Below, one piece after another: positions 27,409 through 39,471 of a stretch of DNA of 64,000 nt. The position numbers and the translations under genes are program-made. This DNA is from Anaeramoeba ignava BMAN (Eukaryota; Protista; Anaeramoebae). Below the pieces are notes generated by a model that made no database searches, had not been told where the DNA came from, and was given only the letters and a program-made list of their open reading frames with translations. Each line of letters starts with the position of its first letter. The stretch's first letter is position 1. The DNA is taken from contig JAPDFW010000084.1 of the NCBI GenBank assembly GCA_028826165.1, positions 62,001-126,000 of the forward strand. Reading direction: 5' to 3'.

Positions 27409-29634
27409 TCAAATATGAAAAACATTTTCATCAATTTGACAATTATCTTCTTGATTTCCTCCACCATTATCATTTATCATTTGATCAATTGTTTCATCTA
27501 AAATTAAATATAAATAAAGAATTTGTGAAGACTTTTTAAATATTGAAGGATCCTCACTTTGAACTAATTTATTTATTAGTTGTTTTCCACCCAAATTTTC
27601 AAATTCTTCAAGAAAAAGATTATGTGTTTCTAATGATTGGTCTCCTGATTCAAGAATTGTTTCAATAGCATCCAAACAAACATTTACAATAGTTGAATCA
27701 TCAAAATCAAGTAAATTAACAATTGGTTTAAGAGATCCTTGTGAAATTGTCCAACTAAAAAATTAATTAATTAATTAATGTTATTATTATTATTATTAAA
27801 AACAATTATTTTAATACCTGATTTGCTCAAAAGAACCTCCTGTAATTGAATTTGAAACTGCCCAAATAGCTTCTTGAACAACATCAAATGAATCTTTTTC
27901 GAGAATGGTTAATAATTTATTGAATAAATTTTCAGTATTAAAAACTTGTTGAATTTGTTCTTTTGAACCTGCTGTAATATTTGAAATCATCCAACAAACT
28001 TCTTTTCGAATAATATTATTAGAATTTTCTATTAAATTATTCAAAATGGGAAGAATATTTTGTTGAATAATAAAATTAGTTTGTTCTTCTGTTCCAGAAA
28101 TAATGTTTCCAATTGTTCGAAGTACAGAAATTAACAACTTAAAATCAGATGTTCTAAAAAGAAGAAAAAAAAAATTTGATAAGTAATTATTGATTTGGAT
28201 TTAGATTTGGATTTGGATTCTCTAAAGGAATAATAACACAAACCCAAGCAATTTCATCAAATATGGAACAATATCATAACTCATACAAATTTGAATTTCT
28301 TCATTCGTCCCACTAGTCAAATAAGACAAAGCTACACCAGTATAAGTAAGAGATGGAAGATCATTTGATTCTAATACTTCTTTCAAAATTGGAAGGATTT
28401 GTTGAATCTAAAAACAGAAACAAAGAAAGAATTTTTTTTTTCAATTTGATTGATTTTAAAATAATTTGACATGAATATTATTTTTAATATTTGATTGATT
28501 TATTTATTTATTTATTTTTCTTCAACAAACTTTTGAAAATTGTGGTTTTGGTTGTCCTCTACAAAGATTAGAAAGTGCCCATAAAATTGTTCTTTTAACT
28601 TCGATTGATGAACATTTCTGAAATAATTGAATCATTTTAGGGATTACATTAAGATCCAATAATTGATCTCTATATCCAGCAGAATCACCAGCAATATTTC
28701 CAATTGCCCAAATAGACTTGATTTAATTTAATTTAATTTTATTTTAATTTTTTTAAATCAATCTAATTCTTATAATTAATTAATTAATTAATTAAGTAAT
28801 TACTTGATTTCTAACATTTTCATTTTTAAAAAAAAGGAGTTCAACAAATCGTGGAATACATTCAAAATCTAATATTATTTTTGTTTGTTCTTTTGTTCCG
28901 GATAAAAGGTTAGTTAAAATCCAAGCAGATTCAAACTTTAATATAAAAGATTTAAATAAATTTTTAAATTGATTTTGATTTTGATTTTGATTTTGATTTT
29001 GATTTTGAACCTGAAATTCTGCTTCTTCATGATTTAAATAATAAATAAAATTAGGTATTAATCCTATATCAATAACTTGTTGAATAGGAACATCTTTTTG
29101 TTGTAATATTAATTTTCTTATTAAACGAAGACCTAAAATTGCCTCATCTGGTTTTTTTGATTCAATCATTTGAACAAAATTCGCAAGATCTTCAAACTTA
29201 TTTGAATTTGATTTTGATTTTAATTTTAATTTTGATTTTAATTTTAATTTTAATTTTGATTATGATTTTAATTTTAATTTTTGATTTTGATTTTAATTGA
29301 TTTTTGATTTTATTAAAAAAATTTTTTTTCAAATTCATAAAAAAAACCCCTCAAAAAAATTTTTTTTTTTTAAAAGTTCCATCTTAATAAAATTAAAAAC
29401 AAAACAAAAAAAATTTTTTGTTATTTATAATTATAATTAAATTACAACTCCAGAATCTGTTAAATTTTTTTGATCTGAAGTAATTTCTAAATTTCTTCTT
29501 TTCATCATGTTTTCTTCTTTTTTCATTTTAGATATTTGAATTGTTTGTTTGTGTCTTTTTCCTCTTGCTTCTACATAATCAATTCTCTGTTTAAATTTAT
29601 TCACTCTTTTATTTAATCTTTGTATATAACTCAT
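27409..29634 (-). CDS. Importin subunit alpha
   Basis: IBB domain (KRHKQTIQISKMKKEENMMKRRNL) and ARM repeats FESAWILTN, WAIGNIAGDS, LRTIGNI, RKEVCWMISNITAG, EAIWAVSN. Confidence 0.93.
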
Positions 29635-29897
29635 AACTTGAAAAAAAATATTTTTGCGAAATTATGTTTTGTTTGTTTGTTTGTTTTTAAAAAATAAAAA
29701 GAAAAATGAAAAATGAAAAAAAATTTTTTATTAAAAAAAAAAAAATTAATTGAAAAAATATTTTGCTTCTTGTGAAAAAAAATTTTTTTTTTGTGTTTTT
29801 TTTGTGTTTTTTCTCCTCTTTTTCTTTTTCTTTTCTCTTTTTCTTTTTCTTTTTTCTTTTTTAAAAGAAATTAAAATTAAAATTTAAAATTAAAATT

Positions 29898-32800
29898 TTA
29901 ATTTAAATCAAGACTTCTGATAAAAGATCCAGACCATGAATATCCTTTTTTAGAAAGAATTTCTTTAAAATCAATTTCATTTTCTGTTTTGAAATTTGAA
30001 GCTAAATAAAAATCATTTGATTTCTCATGCTAAAAAATATAAATATAAATATAAAAATAAATATAAATTTAAATATAAATTTAAAAAAACTAACCTCCTA
30101 TTTTGTTTTTAAAAGGAAAAATAATAAAAATTTAAAATTTAATTAATAAATTTCTTTTAATTTTTATTGATTAATTGATGTATTTACAAACTATAATTAT
30201 TTAATGTTAATATTTTAGTTTTTAATTTTTAATTTTTAATTTTTAATTTTTAATTTTTACTTTGCATTTGAGTTTTGTATCACATCCCTTTTTAACTAAA
30301 TATTGTATAATTTTTCGGTTTCCAATTAAAGCAGCAAAATGAATTGCAGCTCTTCCCTATAAAATTTTAACAAATAATTTGTTTAAATTTAAAAAAATTT
30401 TTTCATTTCTTTTTCAAATTAATTAAATTTGTTTTTACAAACTAAAAAAAATAAAAATAAGAATAATTTAATTATAATTTGAATAGAAAAGGAAAAAAAA
30501 ATACTTTATCTTTATGGTTTAATGGAACTTCACTATGTTTTAATAAATATTTCACAAATTTGGAAAATCCAAAATAACTTGCGATTAAAAGAGCATTCAT
30601 TTCCTTTTAAGAAAAGAAATTTTGATTAAAATAAATTATTGATTTGAACCACAAATAAAATTATTATTTACAATCTATTTATATCAAAAAATAAATATAA
30701 TATAATATAATCAAACCAAAAAAAATAAATTATTTTAATTATAGATATAAAATTAATTTTATATTAAATCCAATTTGAAATATTTTACAGATTCATGTTT
30801 AATTAAATCTTTTTTAATCAAAAACTTGAAGCATTTAAAACTTTGATATAAAACTGAAATCAATAGAAGATTAAGACCCTAATTATTTAATTATATTATT
30901 TAATTTTTATTTAATTATTATTTAATTATATTATTTAATTATTATTTAATTATATTATTTAATTATATTATTTAATTATATTATTTAATTATATTATTTA
31001 ATTATATTATTTAATTATATTATTTAATTATTATTTAATTATTTTATTTAATTATTATTTAATTATTATTTAATTATTATTTAATTATTTTTAATTATTT
31101 TATTTAATTATTTTATTTAATTATTATTTAATTATTATTTAATTATTATTTAATTATTATTTAATTATTATTTAATTATTATTTAATTATTATTTAATTA
31201 TTATTTAATTATTATTTAATTATTATTTAATTATATTATTTAATTATTATTATTTAATTATATTATTTAATTATTATTTAATTATATTATTTAATTATTA
31301 TTTAATTATTATTTAATTATTATTTAATTATTTAATTATTATTTAATTATATTATTTAATTATTATTTAATTATTATATTATTTAATTATTATTTAATTT
31401 ATTATTTTAATTATTATTTAATTATATTATTTAATTATATTATTTAATTATATTATTTAATTATATTATTTAATTATATTATTTAATTATATTATTTAAT
31501 TATATTATTTAATTATATTATTTAATTATATTTATTAATTATTTATTATTTAATTATTTTATTTAATTATTTTTATTTTAATTATTATTTAATTATTATT
31601 TAATTATTATTTAATTATTATTTAATTATTATTTAATTATTTTTAATTATTATTTAATTATTATTTAATTATTATTTAATTATTATTTAATTATATTATT
31701 TAATTATATTATTTTAATTATTTTATTTAATTATTATTTAATTATTATTTAATTATTATTTAATTATTATTTAATTATTATTTAATTATATTATTTAATT
31801 ATTATTTAATTAATTATATTATTTTAATTATTTATTTATTTAATTTATTATTTAATTTTATTTATTTATTTTATTATTATTTAATTATTTTTTATTTAAT
31901 TATTATTTAATTATATTATTTAATTATTATTTAATTATTATTTAATTATTATTTAATTATATTATTTAATTATTATTTAATTATTATTTAATTATATTAT
32001 TTTATTTTAATTATTATTTAATTATATTATTTAATTATATTATTTAATTATTATTTAATTATTTTATTTAATTATTTTTAATTATTTTTTAATTATTAAT
32101 TATTTTAGTAAATGATAAAAATGTTTTTTTTTCTCTCTCTATAACAAACTCTTTCTTCACAATCTGGAATCAAATCTTGTCGTTTCTTTAATTCAGATAA
32201 ATTATCATTTTTGCATGCCACAATAATTTTATGTTCCTAAAAAAAATAATATAATTATTTTCTCGTTTTAATCTAAATTAAAAAAAAAGCAATAATATTT
32301 TTGTTTACATCTGAATTTTTTTCAACAGTTTTAAATAGATTTAATAAATCTTTATTATCAATAATCAATCCAATTTTAATAGAATCAAATCCCTAAATTT
32401 TATTTAAACGAAAAAGCATTTTTTTTTAGAAATAAATTTTAAAAAGATGGAATATCCTTTGTTTTTTTACAGTCTAAATTTTTTTTTTGAAAAGTTATTT
32501 AATAAATTTTTATTTTTTTTTCTCATAAATTAAACAAAAAAAAAACCTTTGATTCAATTTGTGATTCTGCGTAACTATTAAGAAGATGTTGACAAATTTC
32601 AAAAAATTCAAAACTTGAAGCTAAATTAAGTGGTGTTTGATTCTAAATAATGAAATTATCAAAGAGAAAAAAATTAATTTGGAATTACATTTCTGGTAAA
32701 TACTAATTAAAAAGTAAAAATAAATTAAAAATAAACCTCCTAAAAAATAGTAAAAAGAAAAGATGAGTATTTATAATTTGTTTTGGAATTTTTTATAAAG

Positions 32801-35800
32801 AGAAAAATTATATTATTATTATATTATTAATATTAACAAGATTTTTAAAATCAACAAATGCTCCTTTCTGTAAAAGTAGAGTAACAACTTCAATATCACC
32901 AATTTGAGCTGCAATATGAAGTGGTGTCATTTTCTATAATGAAATATATTAATTAAATAATTAAATTGAATTTAATTGAAAAATTACCAACTATTTCAAA
33001 AAAAAGATTTATTTTTAGTTTTAGAAATTAAATTAAATTAAATATATATTTTCAATACTTTATCATATGAATTTATAAAAGCTCCTAAATCAAGAAGTTG
33101 TTTCACAATTGCAATATTCTTTATTCCAGAGGCAATATGAAGTGGTGTTGATCCCTTTATTTATATTTATTTTTATTTTAATTTTTATTTATTTTTATTT
33201 TAATTTTTATTTTAATTTTGATATTGTTTTCTCTAAATAACAAAAATTACCAACTAATTAAAAAAAATAATTTAATACACAAATTTTTTTTGGTAAAAAT
33301 CTAAAAAAATTTTTTTTTTAAATTTACATGTGTTTTTGCTTCAATTCCTGCTCCTGCGTTAATTAATATTTCACTACATTCAAAATGTTGATTAAGAACT
33401 GCTAAATGAAGTGCAGTATAACCCTAATCAAAATGTAATATTTATTTATATTTTTTTTTCCAAAATTTAATTTCCTTTTAAAAAATAAATTACATGCTAA
33501 TAATCGAAAAATATTATTATTAATATTAATATATAATGATTATAAATACAAAAGAAAAATTTTACTGAATCAGTTTCATCAATATCTGATAAATATTTAA
33601 TTAGTATTTTGATCACTGAAAGGTTTCCATGAATTGATGCAATATGTAATGCATTTTGTCCCTTTAATAAGAAAAAGAAAAAGAAAAAGAAATTTATTAA
33701 ATAAATTACATAACTTTTCTTTTCAAAAAAAAAATTTAATTACAATCTTTAAACAAAAAATAAAGGATATGATAATTTAAATTCACATTGAAATTAAAAA
33801 TTGGTTTTTTTTTTTTGATAAATATTTTACAATGTTTTTTGTATGAACTGATGCAAGATGTAAAAGTAATTTAGCTACAATTTCCTCTTTATTTTGAAAG
33901 CATGCAACATGTAATGGAGTTTCATACTTTTATAAAAAAATAATAATAATAAATATTAAATATTAAAAACCTATTTTTTTAGATTGATTTTATAACAAAA
34001 TTTACAAGCTATTAAACAATTTTTTTCAAATATTCAAAAAGAAAAGAAAAAAGAAAAGAAATTATTCAATTTTATCAAATTTATAATAAAAACAAATTTA
34101 ATATTTTCTTACAACAGTTTGAGTTTCAACATCTGCATATGATTCCAAAAGAAAATGAACAATTTCTTGATATCCATGACGACAAGCTAGAAAAAGTGGA
34201 GTTTCTCCCTTTGAATAAAAGAAAAAAAAAACAAAATATGATTAAAATATGTGTTTTTGAAATTTCTGAATAAAAATTATTGAAATTACCAACTAATTAA
34301 ATAATTAGAATAAAAGAAAAATTTTTAAAAAAGGAATTGTTTCTTTTTTAAATGATATAATATTTACAGCATTTTTATGATCAATAAATGCTTTGTGCTC
34401 AATTAATATTTCCACAATATCAAAATGTCCATTTCTTGCTGCAATAGCTAATGTTGTATCACCCTATTATAATAATTAATTAATAATTATTATATTAACA
34501 AAATTATAAAGAAGAAAAACTTTGATATTTGTGATAGAAAGATTACAATCTTTGTTTTGAAAAATTTCCAAAAATTAATATTAATATTAATATTAAAAAT
34601 AAATAAATCATATACCATATTTTGTTTGTTAACATCTGCTTTATATTCAATTAATAATTTCAACATATTAAGATCTCCTAACATTGAAACTGCATGTAAT
34701 GCTGTAAAACCCTAATTTATGAAAGAAAAACAAACAGATTTGTTTTTGTTATGAATTACTCATAAATAGATAAAAAAAATGCTAATAAATTTTTACATTC
34801 TAAATATGATATAAATAAGAAGGTTAAAAGATTTTATTTTTCCAAAAATAATAATAATAATAATTTATTTACATAATTTGGAAAATCAACAATCGCTTCT
34901 TTTTTGAGTAATTCTTCTGCAATATCAGGAAAACCTCTAATACAAGCTGTTAAAAGTGGTGTATTTCCCTTCAAAAAACAAAATAATTAAAAATTTTATG
35001 TAAAAAAGTAAATTTCCTTTCCTTATTTTTTTTTCTTCCAGATTTAGTTACAATCTAAAAATATTTAAATTAACCACAACATTAATTAAGATTTAAATTT
35101 TTTTTTTTCAAGAAAAAAAGGTATACATTGTTAGCTTGATTAACATTAGCTCCTCTTGCTAAAAGTTTTTTAACAACTCTTTTATGACCAAAATTACATG
35201 CAATTATTAATGGTGTATCACCCTAAAAACGTTTTTAAAGAAAAAAAAATATTAATGGATAAATTATTATATTCAAAATTAAAGAAATTACAGTCTAAAA
35301 TAAAAACAATAATTTTTTTTTAGATTTAAATTAAAATTTTTTGAGAAAGAAAAATAATATAAAAAAATAACATGATTCTTAATGTTAATATTAGCTCCTC
35401 GTTCAAGTAAGTTTTCGACAATTTTATCAAATCCATTTAAGGCTGCATAATGAAGAGCAGAATTTTTCTAATTTTGGAAAATAAATTATAATTTAAATTT
35501 AAATTTAATTTATTTTTTTTTCTCAAATTTTTACAAACTATTTGAATAAGAAAAAAGCAGAAAAATTTTTTAATAAATAATAACAAATAACAAATAATAA
35601 TAATAATACTCTGTCTTGATAATTTGGATCAATATCAGTTTCTGAAAGAAGAAGTTTTAAAACTGAAATTTGTCGGTATTTAGTTGCATAAATAAGTGCT
35701 GTATTAGCCTTTTATCAGTAAAATGAATTGAATGTAAAAATGAATAGAAAAAAAAATGAATAGAAAATAATACCTCAGATATCGTATTTGTTTGAATACA

Positions 35801-38128
35801 AATATTAAGAAGTATTCTCACTGTTTCAGTATATCCTTTAATAGTTGAATGAATTAATGGAGTGATTCCCTAATAATTTCATTTTTATAATTAAGAAATT
35901 TACATATTCAAACCTTTTTTCTTAACAAAAAGTAAAATAAAACAAAACAAAACAAAATATTACTTTCTAAAATATTGATATTATAAGAAGAAAAAAAAAG
36001 GATTAAAAATAGTTTGATTTTTTATTTTCAAAAACCTTATTTTGTTCTCGAAAATCAGCTTTATTAGCTAATAACAACTCAACTATTGTAGGTGAATCAA
36101 GAGAAACAAAAAGAGGTGTTAATCCCTATTATAATCAATAAAAAAATTTCCATTTTTTAACAAAAATTAAAAAAAAAAACTTTTCCTTTTTTGTTCTTTG
36201 ATAATTTTTACAGCCTGAATAGAATATAATAAAATACAATAAAATTTTTGTGATATAAAAAAAGGGGGGAATTATTATTATTATTATTAATAAACTTTTC
36301 TTTTTTCAAAAAAAATACATTTGTTGATGAATTTGGATTTGCTTTAAATTTCAATAATAATTTTACGATATCATCATAATGTTTTTGACAAGAAACAAGT
36401 AAAGGAGTTAAACCCTAATAATAATATTATTATTAATTAAAAATATGTAATGAAAAATAACACATTTACTTGCTATATTATTATTAATAATAAAATAAAT
36501 AGTATCGTTTTGAAAAAATTATAATTTTCTTCTAATATTACATTGTTTGCAATGTTAGGAGATGCTTTTTTCTTAAGTAAATATCTAATAACTTTTTTAA
36601 AACCATAGAAACTTGCAATTAAAAGAGCAGTTGTTCCCTTTGAAAATATATAAGTAAATATTAAAAATGAATTGAATGAAAATTGAAATTATTTACAACC
36701 TAATTTGAAAAAAAAAAGTTTTAATTTAGTTCCTTTTTAAAAATGATTATTTATTTTTAACAATTTTTACATCGTTTGTTTGGTTAATATTCATTTTTTT
36801 ATCTATGCATTTTTTAATTGAAGAAAGATCATTGTTTTCTGTATAAAGATGAAGTAAAGACCATCCCTTTATAAAATAATAAAACATTTTTTTTTTGAGA
36901 ATTTTTTTGAATCCAAAAAAAAACAAAAAAACAAAAAACCTTTTTTCTTTCCAAAATTTTTGAGACAATTAAAACGAATGATTGATTAACAATTTCAGGA
37001 TTTTTTGCAATTGTTTCAATATAAATCATATTGTTGGTTCGAGCAAAATTCTAAAAAAGAAATTTAAAATTAAATCTTGAATTAGATTTAATTTTAAATT
37101 TTATACCTTTCCTTCTTCTTCAAAAACTGCTCTTTGATCAGTAAGATCAACTTTGTTTGCAATCAAAAATTTATCAAATTGTTTTTTTCTATCTCCTGTA
37201 ATTGAAGGAAGAAATCGAGCTGAACTTTTAAAAGACTTTTCTGATGTAACATCATAAACAACAATTAAACCATCAATATTTCTTATTTATTTAATTAATT
37301 AATTAAATTATTTTAATTTAATTTTTTGGAAATTTTAAATAATAAATTTACTTCACAATTCCAATATCAAATTGAACAAGAAAATCTAATTAAAAATTAA
37401 AAATTAAAAATTTAAAATTTTTGGATTGTATTTTAAATTAAATAAAGAGCGATTAAACTAACCATAATAAAGCTTTTTTTTTTTTTTAAAAAGAAAAGAA
37501 AAGTAAAAAAAAAAGTGAGAGAAAAATATTTTTTAGGGAATAAAAAGAAAAAAAAATAATAAAAGTAAATTAAAAATATTTTTTTTTTAAAAGAGTCTTA
37601 CAACTTTAACATTCACTTTTCTGCCTTGAACTTCAATGATTTTATTTTTCTAATTTTAATTTATTTTATTTTTAATTTGTTTTGGTTTAATTAAAAACAT
37701 TAAAAAAAGGCAAAAAAAATTTTTTTAATTGAGAAAATTGGAAAATCAGAATGATAAAAAATAAATATAAAATATTACAGTCATCCCAAGAGGAAGTCTT
37801 TTTTTCTTTTTGTTAGGTTCCTGTATTTATTTTTATTTTTAAATTTTTATTTTTTATATTAATTTTTATTATTATTTTTTTTAATTTTAATAATTTTATT
37901 AACTTACAATAAATGAATGAATAAATGAACTTATACCAACATTTTCTAATTAAAGTTTATTGAATATTTAATTAATAATAAAGAAAATAAAAGAGCAAAA
38001 AGATTTCCATTTTTTTTTTTTTAAAGAGAAAAAGTTAAAAAAAAATTTTCTTTAAATAAAGATTTTTAATTTAAAAAAAAAAAACCTTCTCCAACCAAAA
38101 CAAGTTTAAGTTCAAAATCGAAATTCAT
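29898..38128 (-). CDS. Degenerate Rab-like small-GTPase domain + ~23 ankyrin-type repeats; ~53 exons including 21 three-nt microexons; ~958 aa
   Basis: GTPase exons 38086-38128, 37908-37945, 37779-37820, 37602-37649, 37463-37472, 37352-37385, 37107-37281, 36940-37050 (LKLVLVGEENVGISS; LIVVYDVT; IANKVDL; YIETIAK). Then 23 phase-0 repeat exons, 17 of exactly 96 nt (e.g. 32838-32933 KMTPLHIAAQIGDIEVVTLLLQKGAFVDFKNL). Last exon 29898-30029 carries the stop. All junctions are GT-AG and the joined frame is open. Confidence 0.9.
30879..32100. repeat. Intronic (TTATTATTTAA)-type expansion inside the ankyrin gene
   Basis: Direct reading; pure A/T. Confidence 0.9.
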
Positions 38129-38213
38129 TTTTTAAAAAAAAAATAGAAAATTAAGAGAAAAAAATGAAATTTTTATTTTTTTCATTTTTTTCATTTTATT
38201 TTTTTTTTAAAAA
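38129..38213. promoter_or_regulatory. 85-nt bidirectional promoter with TCATT initiator-like motifs on both strands
   Basis: Head-to-head ATGs 38128(-) and 38214(+); aaaatgaaa at about 38161, tttcatttt at about 38180 and 38190. Confidence 0.6.
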
Positions 38214-39314
38214 ATGCAACAAAGTCATACACAAAATTGTCTTGATTCACCACCAACAGATGCGATATCAGCTGTTAAATTTTCTCCTTCAAATAATGAT
38301 CTTCTTGTTTCGTCTTGGGATAAAGTAAATTAAGTAATTTTGAAATGAAAATAAAAATTAAAAAACAAAAATTAAAATTAAAATAAAAATAAAAATTAAA
38401 ATTAAAATTAAAAAACAACTTAGAATGTAATTCTATATGATGTTAACAAGAACCAAATTAGAAGAGAGTTCCACAATTCATCCCCAGTTTTGGATTGCAA
38501 TTTTTTAAACTCTGATAAAGGAATAGGAGGAACACTTGGAGGAGAAATTAACGAATATATATTTGAAAATCAAGAAACAATTCAAATTGGAAAACATCAA
38601 TCAGCTGTAAGATGCACAAGAAGTATTGACCAAGAAAATGTATTTGCAACAGGTTCTTGGGACAAAACAGTTTGTATTTGGGATTTAAGAGCGAAAAATT
38701 TCCTAACAGAAAAAGTGGATCAACCAAATAAAGTATATGCAATGGATTCTAAAGGAAATTATCTTGTTGTTGGACATGCAAAAAGAACAATAAATATATA
38801 TGATATTCGCAATTTCCAAAAACCCATTCAAGAGCGCGAATCGCCGCTCAAACATCAAACAAGATACATTGCTTGCATGCCCAATGGCGAAGGATATGCA
38901 ATATCATCTATTGAAGGAAGAATTGGAATTGAATATTTTGATCCATCACCAGATATCCAAGAAAAGCAATTCGCCTTCAAGTGCCATCGCAAAGTGGTCC
39001 AAGATACCACTTATGTTTTCCCTGTAAATACTATTGCTTTCCATTCTTATTGGGGTACTTTTGCTTCTGGTGGGTGTGATAAAACTGTTTATGTTTGGGA
39101 TATTTCAAGCAGAAAAAGAATTAGTCAATTCCCAAATTTCCCAACTTCCATTTCTTCCATAGATATCAATTATACAGGATCTATTATGGCTATTGCCGCT
39201 TCTTATACTTATGAAAAGGGTGAGATTGACCATCCTCCTGATGCTATTTATATTAAATTTCTTTCTGAACAAGATATCCGACCAAGAGATTTAAATCAAA
39301 ACAAAAAAATTTAA
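38214..39314 (+). CDS. BUB3: Mitotic checkpoint WD40 protein BUB3
   Basis: PPTDAISAVKFSP..LLVSSWD, intron 38325-38423, RESPLKHQTR, SSIEGR, FAFKCHR, GTFASGGCD, AIAASYTYE. Confidence 0.88.
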
Positions 39315-39471
39315 TTTCCAAAAAAAAAAAACAAAGAAAAAAAGAAGAATATCATTTTGCAATTTAAATTCTTTTAAAATAAAAATAATAACAATAATAA
39401 ATTTTTTTTCAAAAAATATTATTTATTTTTGAATTAAAATTTAAAATTAAAATTTAAAATTAAAATTTGAA

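Noticed and set aside
29346-29351. 2-nt microexon candidate in importin-alpha intron 1
   Set aside because: The flanking exons join in phase 0 without it; inclusion would frameshift.
32689-32692. Possible 4-nt microexons (32689-92; also 33710-13)
   Set aside because: They would frameshift and need introns of 30-48 nt; the 3-nt exon alone restores the 33-aa period.
33969-33972. AG|GT zero-length (recursive) splice site candidate
   Set aside because: It would yield 35- and 44-nt introns, below the sizes seen here; likely chance.
29900-38100. Apparent 8-kb non-coding ORF desert, or CRISPR-like periodicity
   Set aside because: The ~250-nt periodicity is the exon-intron structure of the ankyrin gene; there are no identical direct repeats with spacers.
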